Source: Nitrosopumilus sp. (GTDB taxonomy: Archaea; Thermoproteota; Nitrososphaeria; Nitrososphaerales; Nitrosopumilaceae). Taken from it: 64,000 nt of DNA. The notes below the pieces were generated by a model. That model made no database searches. It saw only the letters and a list, made by a program, of their open reading frames with translations, and was not told the origin of the DNA. The stretch spans positions 1,088,001 to 1,152,000 of the forward strand of contig OZ241981.1 in the NCBI GenBank assembly GCA_965204345.1. The letters are read 5' to 3'. The translations under genes and the position numbers were made by a program. Shown here piece by piece: positions 58,348-64,000 of this stretch (within the stretch, counting starts at the first letter, position 1; each line of letters starts with the position of its first letter).

Positions 58348-60447
58348 TTGGGAACAGCCGATCTAAAACTAGGAACCATAATTTTACCAAGAAGTGAGTC
58401 TCCTAAAGCAATTTCACGATTGACAGAGTTTGAATGGTATCACAAAATTGATTCTGCTGGCGACTTGGTGACGCCTGAAATCGATGATTTGTTACTAAGA
58501 GCGCAGCAGACTTTCCAATCAATTGATGATGTCATCAAAGGGATGGGAATTCCTCTAGAAGTGGGAATTATGGAAATTTTGTTCAAAGGAACTGTAATCA
58601 AGAAAAAAGATTATGAAATTAATGAAATTGAAGATATGGTTGAACAGCTAGACAAAGAGGCCCCATCAATTATTGACAAACCAGCACAATTGCTAGAAGA
58701 TGCAGCAGCTGCTAGGACATCCATTGAAGAATACAAGTCGCTCAAAGATACCTTAGAAGTAATCAAAAAATTGAAAATAAATATCTCAGGATTTGGATTA
58801 ATGAGGCACTTTTTTACGAATCTCTTTGTAATTAATTCTGCAGATTTTGATGAGATAAGCCGCTCTCTTGAGGATATTACAATTTACAAATACGATTTAG
58901 AGAACAAAGAAAAATCAGCAATATTAGTAATTTCTGATACAGCAGATTCTGAAAAAGTTCTCAAAGTTCTAAGAAGTTTCAATTCTAACACATTTAAAAT
59001 TCCAGAGGGCTTTCCTCAGATTCCTAGTGAGGCTTATGCACTAGCAGAATCGAAAATCAAAGAACTAGTTGCAAAACAAGCCTCAATTAAAAAAGAGTTG
59101 AGAGCAATAACAAAGAAAATTAGACGCGATATTTTATCATTGCATGAAAAAGCACAAGTTGCAAAAGATGTCCTTGAGACCTTGAGAAAGCCTGGAGGAA
59201 CCAAACACTTTGCAGTGATTCAGGGTTTTATTCCAAAGAAAATGGAAGCAAAGTTTGCCGATTCAACAAAACAATGGATGTCAGTTGTAGAAGATATTAC
59301 TGATCCTAAAATAAAAGAAGAGATTCCAACTTTATTTGACAACAAGCGATTTGTTAGAACTTTTGAAGTGATTACAAAGAGTCAAGGAATTCCAAAGACG
59401 GGAGAACCGGATCCAACTCCCATGATTGCTCTAATGTGGCCAATTTTCTATGGATTGATGTTTGCAGATATGGGTCATGGATTGTTACTCATGGGATTAG
59501 GTTTACTCTTCAAGTTTAAGGGACAGGGAGAACTGTCCAGATGGGGAATGCTCATTGCAATCTCTGGTGCATCAGCAGCTATAGCGGGCGTAGCAGCAGG
59601 TGAAGCGTTTGGTTTCCACCTTGATCATATGGGTCCATTTGAGGGACTGCTAAAGGAAGGCGGGGCACTACATTCAGTGAGTTGGATAGTCGGTATTCTC
59701 AGTGTTGCCGAATTGACGTTTGAACAGGTAATCAACATCCTCAAAGTTTCATTATTCATTGGAATTGTTCACTTGGTTTGGGCAATGTCTCTACGCGTAA
59801 TTAGGTTACTAAAGGAAGGACACAAAATGGTAGTCTTTACTGAGGCAATTCCAAATATTACACTCTATGGCGGAATTGTTGTAATCATGATGTGTGCAAT
59901 TGGCTCACAATATGACGTGATGAACATGTATTCCAAGGTTCACACAGAATCTGTTCCTTGGGTTACAATGTTCCTTGGAGACTGGGCAGAGGTTTGGATA
60001 ATCACAAGAATTTCAGTTGTTATCATAATTGCATCAATGATCATTATGATGATTGGCGGTGTTATGCATGCAAAGAAACATCCCGAAGATGGAGCAGATC
60101 CTGCCAGTGTAATTATGGAGGTTCTCCTGGGTAAAACAGTTGAGAGTTTGGCTCACACAATTAGTTATGCCCGACTTGGAATTATGTTACTTGTGCATGC
60201 GGCTTTGTTATTGACGGTAAATAATGCGTTTACATCTCTAGGTGGTGTTGAATCAGGTGCTGCAATGGCTATGATTATTGGAGGAAACTTGGGAATCATG
60301 ATGATCGAGGGACTAATTGTGTATATTCAGTCTCTCAGGTTGCATTTGTACGAATTCTTTACAAAATGGTATGTAGGCGGTTCACAGCCATTTAGACAGA
60401 TTAGGCCAGAATTGATTTACAATCAATTCATTTGGAAGAAGAAATAA
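58348..60447 (+). CDS. atpI: A-type ATP synthase subunit I (a), divergent from atpEABD
   Basis: DPTP..., FYGLMFADMGHG, SYARL, QSLRLHLYEFFTK. Confidence 0.95.
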   Translation: MGTADLKLGTIILPRSESPKAISRLTEFEWYHKIDSAGDLVTPEIDDLLLRAQQTFQSIDDVIKGMGIPLEVGIMEILFKGTVIKKKDYEINEIEDMVEQLDKEAPSIIDKPAQLLEDAAAARTSIEEYKSLKDTLEVIKKLKINISGFGLMRHFFTNLFVINSADFDEISRSLEDITIYKYDLENKEKSAILVISDTADSEKVLKVLRSFNSNTFKIPEGFPQIPSEAYALAESKIKELVAKQASIKKELRAITKKIRRDILSLHEKAQVAKDVLETLRKPGGTKHFAVIQGFIPKKMEAKFADSTKQWMSVVEDITDPKIKEEIPTLFDNKRFVRTFEVITKSQGIPKTGEPDPTPMIALMWPIFYGLMFADMGHGLLLMGLGLLFKFKGQGELSRWGMLIAISGASAAIAGVAAGEAFGFHLDHMGPFEGLLKEGGALHSVSWIVGILSVAELTFEQVINILKVSLFIGIVHLVWAMSLRVIRLLKEGHKMVVFTEAIPNITLYGGIVVIMMCAIGSQYDVMNMYSKVHTESVPWVTMFLGDWAEVWIITRISVVIIIASMIIMMIGGVMHAKKHPEDGADPASVIMEVLLGKTVESLAHTISYARLGIMLLVHAALLLTVNNAFTSLGGVESGAAMAMIIGGNLGIMMIEGLIVYIQSLRLHLYEFFTKWYVGGSQPFRQIRPELIYNQFIWKKK

Positions 60448-60484
60448 TTCCAAACTAATTTTTGTTGTGATAAAATTTCAGATT

Positions 60485-60682
60485 TTATTCCAATCCTTTT
60501 TCTAGTCTGATTTTTTTGATAACATCTCTAACTAATTCCTCATCTTTTGTGACTAGTTCTTGCAGTTTTTTCTTGTATTGGTCATCACCCCATTTTTCTA
60601 GAGCAAACATTTCTTTTACTAGTTTTACAATTTCAGACTTGTTTCTTTGATGGTCACGTTTAGCTATTTCTGAGCCATCCAT
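60485..60682 (-). CDS. Small hypothetical protein
   Basis: 65-aa helical ORF with ATG, fills the intergenic space. Confidence 0.6.
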   Translation of the reverse strand: MDGSEIAKRDHQRNKSEIVKLVKEMFALEKWGDDQYKKKLQELVTKDEELVRDVIKKIRLEKGLE

Positions 60683-60728
60683 AGTTTCTCTGAAAAAATA
60701 ACGAACTTAAGCATATTGGCATCTAAAA

Positions 60729-61523
60729 TTAGCTATTTTCATAAAGATTTACTGTAACTTTTGTAGTCAGTGGTTTTAGATTATCAGGAAACACAAGTAA
60801 TAAACCGCCATCCTTTTTGATATTGCTACAGGTACCACTATAGCTTAGTTTGTTTTGGGCATAACATCCTGATTCTTTGTAATAATCAAATTCAGGACTT
60901 GTAAATTGTTCTCGCTGCACGTGAGATGAAACAAAGTAAACATCAAAACCCAGATCTTTGTTATCTGTTTTTACGCTATAATCATATGATGTGATGTCTT
61001 GGGATGTACATATAGGAAAAAATTGGACATAGCCATTTTTGATTTTTGATTGTTGCTCTGAATTATCATAATTTTTATTTTCAATGTCAGGATATACAGA
61101 AACGTTTGGATCTGTACTGAGTTGTTGTCCTTGTACATATTCAATTTCATGCCTTACAGCATCCACTGCTTTTCTGTACAGCATTGGCGTCCATTCCTCT
61201 TGGCAATCACTAAATTCATGCTTTAATTCAACATAGGATTTGCCATTAATTTCGTGAATTTGATTAGTATTGTATTCTTTAGACTTTGCATCAAATACAT
61301 GATTTACGTTGTTAGTTTTATCTGATTTATGCCAAGTGTTAGTTACATCAAAAATAATATTTTTTGAGTCACTTTGCCACTCAGGTAGCAAGTGAACATA
61401 TACGGAATATTTGTTTATCACTTGCTGAGTTTCAGAAACAAAAATCAAATGACCATAAAATGCATTTACAAAAATTATTGAAAAGGCAATAATTGGAATT
61501 ATCGCATAGAGAATTTTGTTCAT
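60729..61523 (-). CDS. Secreted/membrane-anchored hypothetical protein
   Basis: N-terminal hydrophobic helix; four Cys (likely disulfides). Confidence 0.75.
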   Translation of the reverse strand: MNKILYAIIPIIAFSIIFVNAFYGHLIFVSETQQVINKYSVYVHLLPEWQSDSKNIIFDVTNTWHKSDKTNNVNHVFDAKSKEYNTNQIHEINGKSYVELKHEFSDCQEEWTPMLYRKAVDAVRHEIEYVQGQQLSTDPNVSVYPDIENKNYDNSEQQSKIKNGYVQFFPICTSQDITSYDYSVKTDNKDLGFDVYFVSSHVQREQFTSPEFDYYKESGCYAQNKLSYSGTCSNIKKDGGLLLVFPDNLKPLTTKVTVNLYENS

Positions 61524-61609
61524 TTCTTATCTACAAAACCACTAAAAGATAAACATCGTCATTTTGGGGATTAAGAAGATCATTTTATGCCTAAACATGC
61601 CTAAGAGAG

Positions 61610-62386
61610 TCATTTTTCCACAGGCAGATCTAGCTTATTTCCCCATTCACCCCAAGAACCCAGATAGACACGGACATTTTCAAATCCCAATTTTTTCAAA
61701 ACCAGAAAGGAATTGGCAGCCCTATAGGCCCCCTGACAGTATGTTACAATTTCAGAGACTTTTGGATAATCATACATCTGAGACAGTTCGTCATCATTTT
61801 TGAGAGTGCCATCCTCATTGAGATTTTGATTCCAATCAATATTGATAGAATTTGGTATATGACCGGATTGCGCTGCACGAACTATACTTCCATCATATTC
61901 TCCAGCAGAACGGGCATCAAAGATTTTCAAATTATCTAGATTGTCTCTAATATTCTCAAATCCTGAAATAATATCAGGATTAACTTTTCCTAAAAATTTA
62001 GATGGTTTGAACCCATTTGGTTTTGTTTCAGTGGGAAGGTTTTCTTTTTTCCATTTTGTAATTCCACCATCTAACATGAAGACATTTTGATGTGAAAAAT
62101 ACATCAGCATCCAAACACCTCTAGCTGCCAGCATTCCTGAAATCGAATCATAGAAAATAACTTTCTTCTCTGAGGTTACCCCAAGAAACGAAAGTAAATT
62201 TTGGGATTGATTATTGAAATTTTTGATTCCTTCTTGAGTTGTGTCAATCCAATGAAATGCAAACAGATCCAAATGAACAGCACCCGGAATATGACCATCA
62301 GAATATTCTTTGAAAGAACGGGTATCAGCTATTATCACATTAGGATCATTTAGAATAAGATTTAGTTCATTTGTAGATATTATCAT
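61610..62386 (-). CDS. Tandem-domain rhodanese sulfurtransferase
   Basis: YSDGHIPGA, AARGVW, LDGG, GHIP, YCQGAYRA, YLGSWGEW. Confidence 0.93.
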   Translation of the reverse strand: MIISTNELNLILNDPNVIIADTRSFKEYSDGHIPGAVHLDLFAFHWIDTTQEGIKNFNNQSQNLLSFLGVTSEKKVIFYDSISGMLAARGVWMLMYFSHQNVFMLDGGITKWKKENLPTETKPNGFKPSKFLGKVNPDIISGFENIRDNLDNLKIFDARSAGEYDGSIVRAAQSGHIPNSINIDWNQNLNEDGTLKNDDELSQMYDYPKVSEIVTYCQGAYRAANSFLVLKKLGFENVRVYLGSWGEWGNKLDLPVEK

Positions 62387-62454
62387 AGTTTACACAAGAT
62401 GATCAACTCTAAATTGATTTGGATTAAATAAAAAGAAGAAAAGAAGGGGTTTTT

Positions 62455-64000
62455 CTATTCGTTAACGTATGCTCTTTCGCCATGCTGTGCCAAATCAAGA
62501 CCAATCTCCTCTTCTTTAGGAGTGACCCTGATTCCACCAGGCCATACGGCATCCATTACTTTGAGGATTACAATTGTAACACCAAAGGCATAGCCTACTG
62601 CCATTGCGGCAGCAATGATGCTGATTGCTTGCTGTTCCATTCCTTCTGCTGTACCAGTCCATGCTCCGATACCGTCTCCAGTATCCCAAACGTGTGGGCT
62701 AGCTAATGTACCAGTCAAAATTGCACCTGTAAGACCACCCATTCCGTGTACTCCCCATACATCTAATGCGTCATCCCATTTGCGTGCACTCTTGAAAGCG
62801 ATACTTGCATAACAAATTGTACCAGCTGCAATACCGATTATAATCGCAGCCATTGGACCTACCCAACCAGAGGCTGGTGTGATTGCTACCAATCCTGCTA
62901 CTGCTCCTGTTGCAGCTCCTACGACACTTGGTTTTCCTGTATGTGCCCAAGACATGAGCACCCAAGTGACTGCAGCCATACCAGTTGCTGTATTTGTAAC
63001 AGTCCATGCGCTGACGGTAATGCCGTCTACCATAACTTCACTTCCTGCATTGAAACCAAACCATCCAAACCAGAGTAATCCTGCTCCGAGAACTACCATT
63101 GGGATATTATGTGGTTCCATTGGCACTTTGCCGTATCCAAGACGTCTGCCAAGGACCAAGGCTCCAGCCAATGCTGCAAATCCTGAAGATATGTGTACTA
63201 CAGTACCACCTGCAAAGTCCAATGCATAAGATGGCGACAAGTCTGGATCGAGGTCAAGTGCACCTCCTCCTATGTAGCCTCCTCCCCAGACCCAGTGTGC
63301 GATTGGATCATAAACGAAGGTTCCCCACAAGAGTACGAATATGATGATTGCGCTGAATTTGATTCTGTCAATCAAACCACCAATAATTAGAACTGGTGTA
63401 ATGATTGCGAAGGTTGCTTGGAACATAGCAAAGAGTTGGTGAGGTACTGTACCTGGCCAATCTTGACTACACATATCGCCTTCCTTAAATTCATTCATCT
63501 GATAAGCTGCAGACCATGTATCGTGACACGGACCAACTTCACCTAACGGTGCCCAAGCTGATACCATGTTAAATCCAACATAATCCAGGTTACCCATGAA
63601 TAAGTTTGCATCAGAATCCACTCCACCAAATGCTAGTGAGTATCCCCATAGAACCCATTGTACTGACATTAGACCCATTACAATAAGGGTCATACCAAGT
63701 ACGTTGACGATGTTCTTTGATCTGGCTAATCCGCCATAAAAGAAACCGACACCGGGGGACATGAGTAGTACCATTGATGTTGCTGTAAGCATCCATGCTG
63801 TATCACCTGTGTCTATAAGACAAGGGAGCATGCCGCCATCGCCATCATCATACCAACATTCGCTAGGATTACCAGTGTAAATTCCACTGGTTCCTTTTAC
63901 ATATCCGTCCATACCGTCATCAACACTTTGTGCATATGCCTGAGACATAGCGCCAGTTGCTGTGATAGATACTGCGGCTACAAGTAATAGAGCATACTTG
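62455..64000 (-). CDS. amt: Ammonium transporter (5' end lies beyond the window)
   Basis: DTGDTAW, FYGGL, DFAGGTVVH, WFGWFGFNAGS, DDALDVWGVHG; frame stays open to 64000 (KYALLLVAAVSITATGA|MSQAYA). Confidence 0.97.
   Translation of the reverse strand, partial: KYALLLVAAVSITATGAMSQAYAQSVDDGMDGYVKGTSGIYTGNPSECWYDDGDGGMLPCLIDTGDTAWMLTATSMVLLMSPGVGFFYGGLARSKNIVNVLGMTLIVMGLMSVQWVLWGYSLAFGGVDSDANLFMGNLDYVGFNMVSAWAPLGEVGPCHDTWSAAYQMNEFKEGDMCSQDWPGTVPHQLFAMFQATFAIITPVLIIGGLIDRIKFSAIIIFVLLWGTFVYDPIAHWVWGGGYIGGGALDLDPDLSPSYALDFAGGTVVHISSGFAALAGALVLGRRLGYGKVPMEPHNIPMVVLGAGLLWFGWFGFNAGSEVMVDGITVSAWTVTNTATGMAAVTWVLMSWAHTGKPSVVGAATGAVAGLVAITPASGWVGPMAAIIIGIAAGTICYASIAFKSARKWDDALDVWGVHGMGGLTGAILTGTLASPHVWDTGDGIGAWTGTAEGMEQQAISIIAAAMAVGYAFGVTIVILKVMDAVWPGGIRVTPKEEEIGLDLAQHGERAYVNE

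Noticed and set aside
62482-63796. Many short ORFs overlapping amt (similar ones over nrdJ, atpB and the thiolase)
   Set aside because: Shadow frames caused by the higher GC and codon bias of strongly conserved genes

Overview
AT-rich (about one-third GC) archaeal chromosome segment. Gene content points to an ammonia-oxidising Nitrosopumilaceae (Thaumarchaeota/Nitrososphaerota): TFE, NAC, aTrm56, Nep1, Rpp21, S19e, A-type ATP synthase, Amt, and PEFG-CTERM, CFI-box-CTERM and IPxW-repeat surface proteins. Mostly core genome: riboflavin operon, class II ribonucleotide reductase, thiolase/DUF35, pyrB/pyrI, atp genes, tRNA-Gly(TCC). A 15 kb metal-acquisition and surface-protein cluster lies at about 35.6-51.1 kb (CopC-CopD-propeller fusion, cupredoxin, ZnuABC-type transporter, NikR-like regulator, several secreted proteins whose mature chain appears to start with His). 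Main leads: (1) a wHTH-ATP-cone-dead-NrdD fusion directly upstream of nrdJ, a candidate nucleotide-sensing regulator built from a pseudoenzyme; (2) the N-terminal-His HGxG secreted paralog family in the copper locus; (3) an amidohydrolase translationally coupled inside the riboflavin operon; (4) a DUF3892-DUF5679 protein with a perfect 96-bp tandem repeat; (5) a GC-rich tract that begins inside ubiD; (6) several small ORFs missed by the ORF track. No CRISPR array, rRNA, transposase or integrase was seen. All family assignments come from motif recognition by eye, not database searches.
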